64,000 bases of DNA from Candidatus Cloacimonadales bacterium. Its GTDB lineage: Bacteria; Cloacimonadota; Cloacimonadia; Cloacimonadales; JAIOQZ01. Below, in pieces: positions 22,374 through 34,034 of this stretch. The position numbers were made by a program, and so were the translations under genes. Every line of letters starts with the position of its first letter. The first letter of the stretch is position 1. Under the pieces are notes generated by a model. It did no database searches. It saw only the letters and a program-made list of their open reading frames with translations, and was not told where the DNA came from. The DNA lies in the NCBI GenBank assembly GCA_963674825.1, contig OY771587.1, forward strand, positions 1,312,001 through 1,376,000, read 5' to 3'.

Positions 22374-22374
22374 T

Positions 22375-22758
22375 CTATCCCCTGAAGTATTTATTGTTTT
22401 TCAAGCTATCCCAGCCAGCGCTGATAAAGATCACGATCTGAGAGGATAACAAACCGATACCGAATGTGAGGATATTCAGCCGAATAAATTTTACGATAAC
22501 GACTGAATATACAATCAGGAAAACGTATTTCAGATAAAAAGTCTTAAAGGCCTGAACCCCGGCTTTTCCTGAAACAGAATCAAGGATCTTTCTGGTATCT
22601 CGTGCCAGCAGCAGAAAATAGATCACGCTGCCGATTGAACCGAGGATATACCCCAGCGCTTCATTGAAAAACAATGATAATGTCATCGCCGCAAGTACGT
22701 CTGTCAAGAAAATAATCACGATTACTTGTGTAACCAGCTTCCTGGGGTTATCGAGCAT
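22375..22758 (-). CDS. atpI: ATP synthase subunit I (4 TM)
   Basis: Likely ATG 22758 after AGGA; four hydrophobic helices; upstream of atpB. Confidence 0.75.
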   Translation of the reverse strand: MLDNPRKLVTQVIVIIFLTDVLAAMTLSLFFNEALGYILGSIGSVIYFLLLARDTRKILDSVSGKAGVQAFKTFYLKYVFLIVYSVVIVKFIRLNILTFGIGLLSSQIVIFISAGWDSLKNNKYFRG

Positions 22759-22777
22759 GGCAATTCCTGAGTCGCGT

Positions 22778-23059
22778 TCAGTCCTGTTTGAAGTCATCAT
22801 TCGGTTTGTGCACTTCAGTCGTGTTCGCGTTTTTGTAGAGCTTAAAGGCCGCCATCCATCCAACGATCAATCCGAACAGCACGCCAAACGGTGTTATGGC
22901 GTTTCTCGCGTCCAAGATCCTGTCGATCAGGAGAAACAGAAGGAACCCGATCAGCATAGAGATGAAGATGGTGAAGATCAATTGAGGGATCATAGGCCAG
23001 AAGTTTGTCTGTGCTTTATCACTTTTACTGGCATTGATCCGTTTGGTTTGTCTGAACAT
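22778..23059 (-). CDS. AtpZ/AtpI-family small membrane protein
   Basis: Two TM helices with IGF.....D and FG...G pattern; first gene of the atp cluster. Confidence 0.6.
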   Translation of the reverse strand: MFRQTKRINASKSDKAQTNFWPMIPQLIFTIFISMLIGFLLFLLIDRILDARNAITPFGVLFGLIVGWMAAFKLYKNANTTEVHKPNDDFKQD

Positions 23060-23063
23060 TCTG

Positions 23064-23453
23064 TCAATCCGTTTTGGGTTGTGGACTGTCGTTTTTCATC
23101 GAGCAGTTCCCGTTCAAGATAGCTCCGGCATGTATTCGTAGCGTTCTGGCGATGATATTACCGTTGACTCGAGCGTTTTTCTCCAGCTCAAGCTGGTCCT
23201 GCACCTGTATATCGCCTTCGACATTTCCGCAGACCAGGCATTCTTTTGCCTTGAGATCTGCTTTTGCGACACCCGATGAACCGACCAGGATGAATCCGTC
23301 GGCCTGGATAGAACCTTCTACTTCACCATCTACGCGGATGCCGCCTTTGATATCGAGCGTTCCCGTGACGACGCTCCCCTTCCCTATCATGGTGGAGAGC
23401 TCAATCTTACGGTTTTTCTCCATGGATTGTCCTTTCGTCAGTTTTTTGGACAA
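23064..23453 (-). CDS. Bactofilin (polymer-forming cytoskeletal protein)
   Basis: T.IGKGS...G.L...GGIRVDG.VEG.I beta-helix repeats; GAILNGNC.M end. Confidence 0.92.
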   Translation of the reverse strand: MSKKLTKGQSMEKNRKIELSTMIGKGSVVTGTLDIKGGIRVDGEVEGSIQADGFILVGSSGVAKADLKAKECLVCGNVEGDIQVQDQLELEKNARVNGNIIARTLRIHAGAILNGNCSMKNDSPQPKTD

Positions 23454-23463
23454 CGATCGTAAA

Positions 23464-24168
23464 CTACTTCTGTTTCTTCTTTTCGATGATCGTCATCGGA
23501 TCGATGTTTTCGCCTTTATACAGCACTTCGTAGTGCAGATGCGGATCAGTGCTGTTGCCTGTATTACCCACATACGCGACGGTTTCCCCCTTATCGACGA
23601 ACGTTCGCGGTGGGAAGAATGTCCTGTTCAGATGCGCATACATCGTTATATAGTCGTTCAAGTGATCGATGATGAGCACATTGCCGAAATACTGGTCCTC
23701 GTAAACCGATTTGATCACGCCTGCTCCGGTAGCTATCACTTCCGTCCCAAGCGGCGCAGCAAAATCGACTGCTTTGTGGTCTTTATTGAATCTCCGCGAG
23801 ATAATATGTTCTCCGCGGATAGGATCCATGTCAGGAATCAAACGCTGCTTCATCTCGAGTTGATGCAATTCGTCGCGTAGCTCTCTGGTCGTAATCTCTG
23901 GCATAGCAGGCTGATCGCCCTTTTCCTTGAAATACTCGTCCAGCAACTTGTTGAGGCTTTCCTGCCTGGGGATCTCCGGCATATCGGGGTGTCGTTTTGA
24001 AAGCTCGTTCATTCGGACTCTTAGCGAGTCATTCACATGTTGAAGCTGATCGCAACGGAACTCGGTATTGCGCAAATGCTTCTTTACGCTGGCTACTTCC
24101 GATGCCAAGAAGATCATAACAGCAATGGAAAAGATCAGAAGCCCGATCAGATAGCGTTTCATAACCAC
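23464..24168 (-). CDS. M23 family metallopeptidase
   Basis: HKAVD, YAHL, GNSTDPHLHYEV; typical pairing with bactofilin. Confidence 0.92.
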   Translation of the reverse strand: MVMKRYLIGLLIFSIAVMIFLASEVASVKKHLRNTEFRCDQLQHVNDSLRVRMNELSKRHPDMPEIPRQESLNKLLDEYFKEKGDQPAMPEITTRELRDELHQLEMKQRLIPDMDPIRGEHIISRRFNKDHKAVDFAAPLGTEVIATGAGVIKSVYEDQYFGNVLIIDHLNDYITMYAHLNRTFFPPRTFVDKGETVAYVGNTGNSTDPHLHYEVLYKGENIDPMTIIEKKKQK

Positions 24169-24208
24169 CCGTTACGTTGTTTGTCGGCACTGAGCCGTTT
24201 GGATTACA

Positions 24209-25066
24209 CTACTGGTCCTGAAACTTACGCAGGCGCTCCAGCAGCGCGATTCGCTCCTCTTCATTGGAGTATTGGAATACGACTTTTCCTTTCTTGGGAT
24301 TGCCCTTGATGCTGACTTTGACATTAAACCGTTCGGTAAGTTGCTTCTGTACTTGCCGGATCAGATCGGGAAAGAATCCCTTCTTGTCTTCCTGCGGCTT
24401 GGACTGATCGCTATTGATGCGCTTCGCTTCTTTCTCCGTCTGCCGTACGGACCAGCCCTTCGACGCGATTGTTTTCGCGAAATCTAATTGCATTTCAGAC
24501 TCTAACTGAAGCACAGCGCGTGCGTGGCCAGCGGAAATCAGACCTTCGAGAAGCATCTGTTGCACATCCTCGTTCAGCTTCAGAAGACGCAACGAATTGG
24601 AGATCGTAACCCTGTCCTTGCCGATGATCTCCGAGATCTGAGCGTGCGTCAGGCTGAATTCGTCGTGCAGAACATTATATGCCTTCGCTTCTTCGATGGG
24701 GTTGAGATCTTCGCGCTGGATGTTCTCGATGATAGCGAACTGAAGCTGCTCTTTCTTGGTGACGCTGCGAATGATAACCGGCACCTCTTCAAAGCCAGCT
24801 ATTTTCGACGCTTCCAGCCTGCGTTCACCCGCAATCAACTCGTAATGTGTCTGGTCGCGTTTTGTTACGATGATCGGTTGGATCATGCCGTTTTCTTTCA
24901 ACGACTGCGCCAGATCTTCCAGTTTTTCGCGTACGAATACCTTGCGCGGCTGGTAGCTGTTCGGATGGATATGCTCCACCCGTACGGTAGTAATACCGGT
25001 ACTGCGGTCGGTCGATTCCGGACCGTCGTTTATAAGTGAATCGAGTCCTCGTCCTAATCTGGTCAT
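24209..25066 (-). CDS. parB: Chromosome partitioning protein ParB/Spo0J
   Basis: LGRGL, QPRK.F, AGERR, ENIQREDLNPIEEA, SAGHARA. Confidence 0.96.
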   Translation of the reverse strand: MTRLGRGLDSLINDGPESTDRSTGITTVRVEHIHPNSYQPRKVFVREKLEDLAQSLKENGMIQPIIVTKRDQTHYELIAGERRLEASKIAGFEEVPVIIRSVTKKEQLQFAIIENIQREDLNPIEEAKAYNVLHDEFSLTHAQISEIIGKDRVTISNSLRLLKLNEDVQQMLLEGLISAGHARAVLQLESEMQLDFAKTIASKGWSVRQTEKEAKRINSDQSKPQEDKKGFFPDLIRQVQKQLTERFNVKVSIKGNPKKGKVVFQYSNEEERIALLERLRKFQDQ

Positions 25067-25084
25067 ATTATCTATCCATTATTT

Positions 25085-25843
25085 CTATCGTTCTATCACT
25101 TCGGCAGCCAGCGAGAAGTAGTCGCCAGCGCCTTTGCACTTGATATCGTAGTGGAAAATCGATTGCCCGAAGCTTGGCGCTTCGCTCAGTTTCACATTTC
25201 GATGAATAATCGATTTGAATACCTTGTCGCCGAAATATCGGCGCACCTCTTTCGCCACCTGATTGGAGAGATTCAAGCGTTTGTCGTACATCGTGAGCAG
25301 CACGCCCATGATGCGCAGGCTCGGGTTCAGGTTCTTCTGGATCAACCTGATCGTATTCAAGAGCTGACTGACACCTTCCAGCGCATAATATTCGCACTGG
25401 ATCGGGATCAGAACGTCGGTACATGCGGTTAGCGCGTTGACGGTGAGAAGCCCGAGCGACGGTGGACAATCGATCACGATGTACTCGTAGTCGTCGCGGA
25501 TAGGCTCGATCGCCGATTTCATGCGCTGCTCGCGCGCAAATTCCTTCACCAGCTCGATCTCAGCACCAACCAGGTCGATGTTCGTCGGTGCGATGCTCAG
25601 TTTATCGATATAGGTCTTTTGGATGATATCCTTGAGCGCTTTCTTCTGGATCAGCACGTCGTAGATATGATCCTTGAGCTCCTTGGTGTCGATCCCGAGT
25701 CCGCTGGAAGCGTTCCCCTGCGGATCGAAGTCGATCAGAAGCGTATTTTTTTCATGAATCCCGAGTGCAGCAGACAGATTGACCGCTGTGGTCGTCTTCC
25801 CAACACCACCCTTTTGATTCACAACAACGATAATTTTTTTCAT
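25085..25843 (-). CDS. parA: ParA/Soj ATPase
   Basis: NQKGGVGKTT, DPQGNAS, DCPPSLG, QCEYYALEG, SEAPSFG. Confidence 0.96.
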   Translation of the reverse strand: MKKIIVVVNQKGGVGKTTTAVNLSAALGIHEKNTLLIDFDPQGNASSGLGIDTKELKDHIYDVLIQKKALKDIIQKTYIDKLSIAPTNIDLVGAEIELVKEFAREQRMKSAIEPIRDDYEYIVIDCPPSLGLLTVNALTACTDVLIPIQCEYYALEGVSQLLNTIRLIQKNLNPSLRIMGVLLTMYDKRLNLSNQVAKEVRRYFGDKVFKSIIHRNVKLSEAPSFGQSIFHYDIKCKGAGDYFSLAAEVIER

Positions 25844-25858
25844 GTATTCTCTATGATA

Positions 25859-26494
25859 TTAATTCCTGATAACTTTTAGCCAGGCTGCGATTTTTCGCTC
25901 ACCAAGGCTCGGATGCGACGCATCCAGAAATTCGATTCCGCGAAACGGCTCCAGGTCGTCAACCTCTTTCGCTTTATAAAAGAGCACTTTACCGCCGGGC
26001 TTGACCAGCTTTTTCAAACAGACCGCGAATCGTGGTTCGATCCGTACTGAGCGGCACACGACGGCGTCGAAGTAGTCGCGCCATCTTCTCATCTCGAGCT
26101 CTTCGATACGTGAAGGTATGGTTTGACAGCCTTTCACGTCAAGCATTTTAACGATTTCAGCTACGGCCTCGCACTTTTTCTTTCTGGAATCGAGCAGATA
26201 CATTTCGCAGTCGGGATAGAGTATCTTCAGCGGAATACCGGGCAAGCCGCCTCCAGTACCGAAATCGAGCACTTTTAGCCCTGCGAAATCGAAGAATCGT
26301 ACGGGTGTGATGGAATCGAGGTAGTGTTTTGTCCAATAGTCATCGGCCGATGTTGCACGTGAAACGAGGTTTATACGCGTGTTCATGTCCGTTAAAAGTT
26401 CGTGGTATCGGTCGAATAACGGTATGACACGCTCCGCGTTAAACTTACCCATATCTTCCAGAAATTCAATGAATTGCGCTCGTTGTTCCGACAT
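25859..26494 (-). CDS. rsmG: 16S rRNA m7G527 methyltransferase
   Basis: NLVS, H.LDS, DFGTGGGLPGIPL, DSRKKK. Confidence 0.95.
   Translation of the reverse strand: MSEQRAQFIEFLEDMGKFNAERVIPLFDRYHELLTDMNTRINLVSRATSADDYWTKHYLDSITPVRFFDFAGLKVLDFGTGGGLPGIPLKILYPDCEMYLLDSRKKKCEAVAEIVKMLDVKGCQTIPSRIEELEMRRWRDYFDAVVCRSVRIEPRFAVCLKKLVKPGGKVLFYKAKEVDDLEPFRGIEFLDASHPSLGERKIAAWLKVIRN
26351..26366. promoter_or_regulatory. parS-like site inside rsmG
   Basis: TGTTGCACGTGAAACG matches 14/16 of TGTTTCACGTGAAACA. Confidence 0.65.
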
Positions 26495-26591
26495 CCTTCG
26501 CCTGCTTTCCTCTTCTTTTTTGTTAAATTCTCACAGACACGTGAATCGGTCAATTGAAATGTGCGAGACTTCCACTCACAAATGTGAGAGG

Positions 26592-28736
26592 CTATTCATC
26601 AAATTCTTTGTGCTTGTACTCCAGAACCATGATCTTCGTGGTGGCAGACTGCCCACTAGCTTCAAGATGGCAGAAATAAATACCGGTCTTCAGGCTGGTT
26701 CCATCCCATTGCATGACATGTTCTCCAGCCGGGAGACCCTCATCGATCAGCGTCGTAACCTTTTGTCCACGAGCATTATAGAGCATTATCTTCACACGCC
26801 CTTCGTCTGGAACAACAAACGCAATCCGAGTTTGATAATAGAATGGATTTGGATAGACCTTGATGCTTGTTTTCCTATTAGAATTTGGCGGTTCAACCGA
26901 TATTCCTGTGGTATTCCACTCATAACAGCCTATGTCGATCAAACCATCATGGATGCGCGGATTACCGGCGAAATCAGTCTCGGGCATCGCTACATACGGG
27001 ACATCGAGAGTACCGCTATCGATGCAAGGCGAATCGTCTGAAAGAAGGAAGGGATTACTTCCGTATCCATAGAACGCAGGATCATCCGCGATATTCCCCT
27101 CGCCGTCGTATCCACCTTCGATATCGTTGTAGCGGATATACATCGGCTTACCTTCGTAGATCTGGCCACCCATAAAGAAAATGTTTTCGTTGCCGTAAAC
27201 GATGTTATTGTATAGAATTGGCTTGGATATAAAGTTGTGCACCGGTAGCGTGTTGTCAAATTCGCTTTCGTTCAGCAGATTATTGCCGGTGAACGTGTTG
27301 CCGATCATCTTTGGGTAGGAGTAGTTACTGCTGATAATCGAGCCCATGGCCAGCGCATAGCATTTGTTGACCAGGTTGCCGACAATCTCGGGATTGGATT
27401 GCGCGTCGCAATAAAATGCTCCGCCGTGGTGCGCGAGGCAGTTGTGAATATAGCAGTTCTCGATCCTCGCCTTGGAGAAATCGAAGAAGTAGAATGCGCC
27501 GCCCCGCTCAGCCTTGCTATACGCGATTTCACAGAATTCCAGTCGCGAAGCATCATTCAGCGACGAAGTGTTATCGAATCGGATACCGTTCCAGCAGCTG
27601 GTTTCAGCATCGTCGATAGTGAAATTCTCCGGATCGCTGGAGATGAATCGAATCCTGTCGTCTGGTGTACCGATCGCCGTGAGCGTGCCCTGCACATTCA
27701 GCGCGTAGAAACCATCGAAGATCACCTGCACGCCCGGCTGGATGACCAGCTCAACACCATCCGCAATTGTGACATCGTCTATCACATGAATGGTCTCCGC
27801 CTGCCACACAGTGTCCTCGTCGATCACACCACCTACATCCTCGCGGAATCCACTGTAATAGCGATAGTGCCGCATTTTCTGGACAGGTTGCGAGACGCTT
27901 ATAGTTGACGCGAAGGTCTGACAGCCATAGCCTACGGCGGCAGAGCCTGCGACCGGCATAAAGAGTCCATTCTCGGGATCGGTGAGTTGTGGATTCTCAC
28001 CCAGGATATTGTTGTAAGGAGCCGACCCGGCATCCTCCCACGGTTCCGGGAGTACTCAGCCCCAGTCACAGAGCAAGCTGAAGTGCGTCAGCAAGCCTTG
28101 GTTGAGTTCCTCGTCGCTATGCCACGACCAGTTCTCTATGACATCCGGAATACCGAAGAAACCATACTGGATGCTGTAGGAGTAGCTTGTACCGGATGGA
28201 AGCCATTCGGAGGCGATACCGGTATTGTATATATAATCGTAGCCGGTGTCGATGACATCGACGCAAAGATTTCGTTCCAGCAGGATTCCCTCGCCCGAAG
28301 CCTGTAAGCGAATGCCGTAGTCTTGCGGCTTGTAGAACGTTACATAGCGAACGCTACCCTGCGGAAGCGCGACCAACTCCGAATTGATCCCACGAAAGCG
28401 GATATTACCGTTGATCACCACACAATCGGAAATATCCAGACGATTCTCGCAGAAAGAGATACAAATCTGCTCGCCCTGCATGTCGAGAATCGCTCCGTTT
28501 CCGATGATGCGGGTATCGACACCCTCTTCGCCATAGAGCTCGTACAGCGCTGGGTCCAGCAACCCGCCGATCAGCAGTCCTCCCGTGTAAGTAACGCCGG
28601 TTTCCAACTCGACAAGCTTCTCGTAGTAATGATCCTGATCGTACCCTGCCTCAGCAGCATCGAACACTTCCTTCAGAGAAAGTCCGTTCAAAACAGCGGT
28701 CAGCAAAAATATCAGAATTACTATAAACGTTCTCAT
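26592..28736 (-). CDS. Secreted beta-helix protein with T9SS-type CTD; in-frame UGA at 28056-28058 (candidate selenocysteine)
   Basis: The two ORFs are in frame and joined by 32 stop-free codons; signal peptide only in the 5' part, CTD only in the 3' part. Confidence 0.7.
28018..28063 (-). promoter_or_regulatory. SECIS-like hairpin
   Basis: GGGGCUGA pairs with UCGGCUCC, CCCGG pairs with CCGGG, G-rich apical region; folded by eye. Confidence 0.5.
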
Positions 28737-28838
28737 AACGCAACACAGAGACATTCCAATACCTTCGCGTCAACAAATTTCTGCAATTGCCCGATTATTT
28801 TCATTGACAATATTTGATACCATCAAGCATTATTGAGG

Positions 28839-28930
28839 TGTTCATAGAATTTGATGCGATGATCCATCATCAGTAAGCAACCTTCCATTTCATTGCTTAC
28901 AGCTCCCGGGGAAACCCGGGAGTTTTTTTT
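28839..28930 (+). ncRNA. Candidate small RNA (about 90 nt)
   Basis: TTGACA at 28804 plus a weak -10 (CATTAT); hairpin GTAAGCAA/TTGCTTAC; strong terminator with no + strand gene upstream. Confidence 0.5.
28903..28930 (+). terminator. Rho-independent terminator
   Basis: CTCCCGGG-gaaa-CCCGGGAG followed by T8. Confidence 0.85.
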
Positions 28931-28961
28931 ACACTATGCCCAGTCTTGGATCAATCTCCCC

Positions 28962-28998
28962 AAAAAAAATCCCCGACGCGGGATAACCACATCGGGGA
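28962..28998 (-). terminator. gyrA terminator
   Basis: 12-bp stem including G-U pairs on the minus strand, followed by U8. Confidence 0.8.
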
Positions 28999-29020
28999 CT
29001 GATTTATTTACCTATCGTTT

Positions 29021-31621
29021 TTACTCTTCTTCTTCTTCGTCTTCGATCATCGATTCATCCATGATCTCTTCGTCTTCGCTTTCTTCATCGTCATCAACTA
29101 CATATTCATTATTGTCTTCGATGATTTCGTCTTCATACTCGGCATAGAGTTCTTCTTCCGAGATCGGTTCTGCGTTTTCGTCCTCTTCCTCATCGTATTC
29201 TTCTTCTGCCTGAATACGTGAGACATCGATCACCTTGTCGTTCTGATTCAGCCCGATCAGCTTGACACCCTGCGTGTTCCGTCCGATTACGCTGATATTG
29301 GCAACAGCTTGGCGGATGATCATGCCGTTCTTGGTGATGATGATCAGGTCGTCATTATCGACCACTTCAAGGAGCGATACCAGATGTCCGTTGCGATCGG
29401 TTGTCTTGAGTGTGATAACACCTTTTGAACCACGTTTGGTCACGGTGTAGCTGTTGATTTCGGTACGCTTACCATAGCCGTTTTCGCTGATGGAGAGCAG
29501 CGTGCCTTCACGCTTGACGACAACCATAGCCATCACCCGGTCTCCCGGACGCAGGCTAATACCTCTGACACCCTGTGAGTTGCGGCCCTGAGCTCGAACA
29601 CCATCTTCGTTGAAGCGATTCGCAAAGCCATTCCAGGTTGCAAGGATAATATCGTTGGTTCCTTCGGTGATCTTTGCATCGATGAGCTCGTCGCCTTCGA
29701 TCAGCTTAATCGCGATAATACCATTAACACGTGGACGCGAGTATGCTTCAAGCTCGGTTTTTTTGATCACACCATTACGGGTCACCATTGTTATGAAGTG
29801 CGGATTGCTGAAATCGCGCACGGTCACGAATGCCTTGATCTTCTCGTCTTTGAGCTGGAGAAGGTTGACAATCGCCTTACCTCGAGCCAGACGGCCCATA
29901 CGTGGAATTCTATGCACCTTGAGCCAGTAGCACATACCTTGATCGGTGAAGAACAGAATATAAGAGTGGGTTGAGGCGACGAAGATCGTCTCGATGAAGT
30001 CTTCATCCTTCAGGTTCGAACCCGAGAGTCCCTTTCCACCACGGCCCTGTTTGCGATAGGTGTCGATCGGAAGGCGCTTGATATAGCCTTCGTGCGAGAT
30101 CGTGATCACCATCTCTTCGTCCGCAATCATATCTTCTGTTTCGATATCGCCGGATCCGTCGAGGATGACAGTACGACGATCGTCGCCGTATTTTTCCTTG
30201 ATTTCAAGGGTCTCATCCTTGATGATCTGCATCCGAAGCTCTCGTGTTGCCAGGATATCCTTGAGATCCTTCACCGTCTGAACGAGATTAAGATATTCTT
30301 CTTCCACCTTTTCGCGTTCGAGCCCGGTAAGCTTTTGAAGACGCATTTCCAGAATCGCTTTCGCCTGGATTTCCGAAAGCCCAAATCTTGTCTGCAAGTT
30401 GTCGCTTGCATCCTGAACGGTCTTGGACTCGCGAATCGTCTGAATAACAGCGTCGATATTATCCAGCGCAATGCGATAACCTTCGAGGATATGGAGGCGC
30501 TTTTCGGCTTTGTCCAGTTCGAACTGAGTTCGGCGCACCACCACTTCGTGGCGGAAATCGATGAAGCTCTGAATCATCTGCTTCATGCTGAGGATCTTCG
30601 GCTCGCCATTGACGAGCGCGCGATTCATCACGCTGAAGGTTCCCTGAAGCTGTGAAAATTTATAAAGCTTATTGAGGACACTGTTGCCCTCATAGCCGCG
30701 CTTGATGGTTATAACGAGACGCATTCCCTGGCGACCGGATTCGTCGCGGATATCGGAGATGCCATCGATACGTTTGTCCTTCACCAGCTTTACGATGCGC
30801 TCGATAAGGAGCGTTTTATTGAGCTGATAGGGAATTTCGCTGATAACGATCTGCTCTGAATTGTTGTTTTTCGTCTCGATTGCTGCCTTACCGCGAAGCG
30901 TCACTTTGCCGTGACCGGTCGTGAAGTATTCCTTGATACCTGCCCTACCGATCAGGAATCCACCGGTCGGGAAATCGGGGCCTTTGATATATTGCATCAG
31001 ATCCAGCGATTCGATATCGGGATTATCAATCTGCGCCACGATACCGTCACAGACTTCGCGAACATTGTGCGGAGCCATGTTGGTAGCCATACCAACCGCG
31101 ATACCGGAAGAGCCGTTGCAAATAAGGTTGGGGAATTTTGACGGGAATACCTTCGGTTCCTTACGGGTATCGTCGTAGTTTCCCTGGAAATCGACCGTAT
31201 CTTTGTCCAGATCGGCCATCAGATCAACAGCCGCCTTGTGAAGTCTCGCCTCAGTATAACGCATTGCAGCGGGAGGATCACCATCCTGCGAACCGAAGTT
31301 ACCCTGACCATCGATCAGCAGATAGCGCAAACTCCACGGCTGCGCCATACGAACGAGCGTCGGATAGACGACCTGCTCACCGTGCGGATGGTAGTTACCG
31401 GATGTATCACCGGCGATCTTCGCGCACTTACGGAAGCCTCTTCCGGGCGACAGGTTGAGTTCGTTCATCGCATAGAGAATACGACGCTGCGAGGGTTTCA
31501 GTCCATCCCGTGCATCCGGCAAAGCTCTGGAAACAATAACGCTCATGGAATATTCCATGTACGCTTTTTTCAGAACATCCTCAATTTCAATATGTTCTAT
31601 TCTTGATCTGTCATGTATCAT
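29021..31621 (-). CDS. gyrA: DNA gyrase subunit A
   Basis: YHPHG, AAMRYTE, GyrA-box QGRGGKG, acidic tail. Confidence 0.97.
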   Translation of the reverse strand: MIHDRSRIEHIEIEDVLKKAYMEYSMSVIVSRALPDARDGLKPSQRRILYAMNELNLSPGRGFRKCAKIAGDTSGNYHPHGEQVVYPTLVRMAQPWSLRYLLIDGQGNFGSQDGDPPAAMRYTEARLHKAAVDLMADLDKDTVDFQGNYDDTRKEPKVFPSKFPNLICNGSSGIAVGMATNMAPHNVREVCDGIVAQIDNPDIESLDLMQYIKGPDFPTGGFLIGRAGIKEYFTTGHGKVTLRGKAAIETKNNNSEQIVISEIPYQLNKTLLIERIVKLVKDKRIDGISDIRDESGRQGMRLVITIKRGYEGNSVLNKLYKFSQLQGTFSVMNRALVNGEPKILSMKQMIQSFIDFRHEVVVRRTQFELDKAEKRLHILEGYRIALDNIDAVIQTIRESKTVQDASDNLQTRFGLSEIQAKAILEMRLQKLTGLEREKVEEEYLNLVQTVKDLKDILATRELRMQIIKDETLEIKEKYGDDRRTVILDGSGDIETEDMIADEEMVITISHEGYIKRLPIDTYRKQGRGGKGLSGSNLKDEDFIETIFVASTHSYILFFTDQGMCYWLKVHRIPRMGRLARGKAIVNLLQLKDEKIKAFVTVRDFSNPHFITMVTRNGVIKKTELEAYSRPRVNGIIAIKLIEGDELIDAKITEGTNDIILATWNGFANRFNEDGVRAQGRNSQGVRGISLRPGDRVMAMVVVKREGTLLSISENGYGKRTEINSYTVTKRGSKGVITLKTTDRNGHLVSLLEVVDNDDLIIITKNGMIIRQAVANISVIGRNTQGVKLIGLNQNDKVIDVSRIQAEEEYDEEEDENAEPISEEELYAEYEDEIIEDNNEYVVDDDEESEDEEIMDESMIEDEEEEE

Positions 31622-31641
31622 TGTGCCTCCAACATCATCGC

Positions 31642-33558
<1,917 letters not shown>

Positions 33559-33980
33559 TTATATTTCACAGCTGTTTAAGAACAGCCTATTTTCTTGCCC
33601 ACAGGGTTCAATGTCAATCTTTTTTTTCTATAAAAATGCTTTTTATTCCCCGGTTTTCCAACATGCTCGAAATGCCCATCTGGAGCGGATTTAGACGCAC
33701 TCGGATTTCTAGTTTTTTTGCGTGTTTATTAACCACTTGGTTAAATCGCACATTTCCGATTGTATTCATTTCTTTTCGATGATGATCATCGCTCAAGATT
33801 TGGATCAAAATGGGGATTTCGATGAGATTTTTTCGCTTTCGATTCTGCCAAATTGTCATCCCAAAACGAAGTGGAAGTGAATCGAATCCACTTAGACGTA
33901 TCTCATCCTGAAAGCTTTAATCACATAGTAGAGTAAGTCAGCATGGAAAAGTAGCTCTATAAGCCCGGATATGTTGATCT

Positions 33981-34016
33981 AAAAAGAAAAAGACCCCGAG
34001 TTTCCTCGGGGTCTTT
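33981..34016 (-). terminator. Terminator after giant adhesin gene
   Basis: aaagaccccgag-tttc-ctcggggtcttt with A-tract. Confidence 0.85.
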
Positions 34017-34034
34017 GGTTATTGAATGACCTGA

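Noticed and set aside
28893..29147. 84-aa Ser-rich ORF
   Set aside because: Spans two terminators and is antisense to the GyrA acidic tail.
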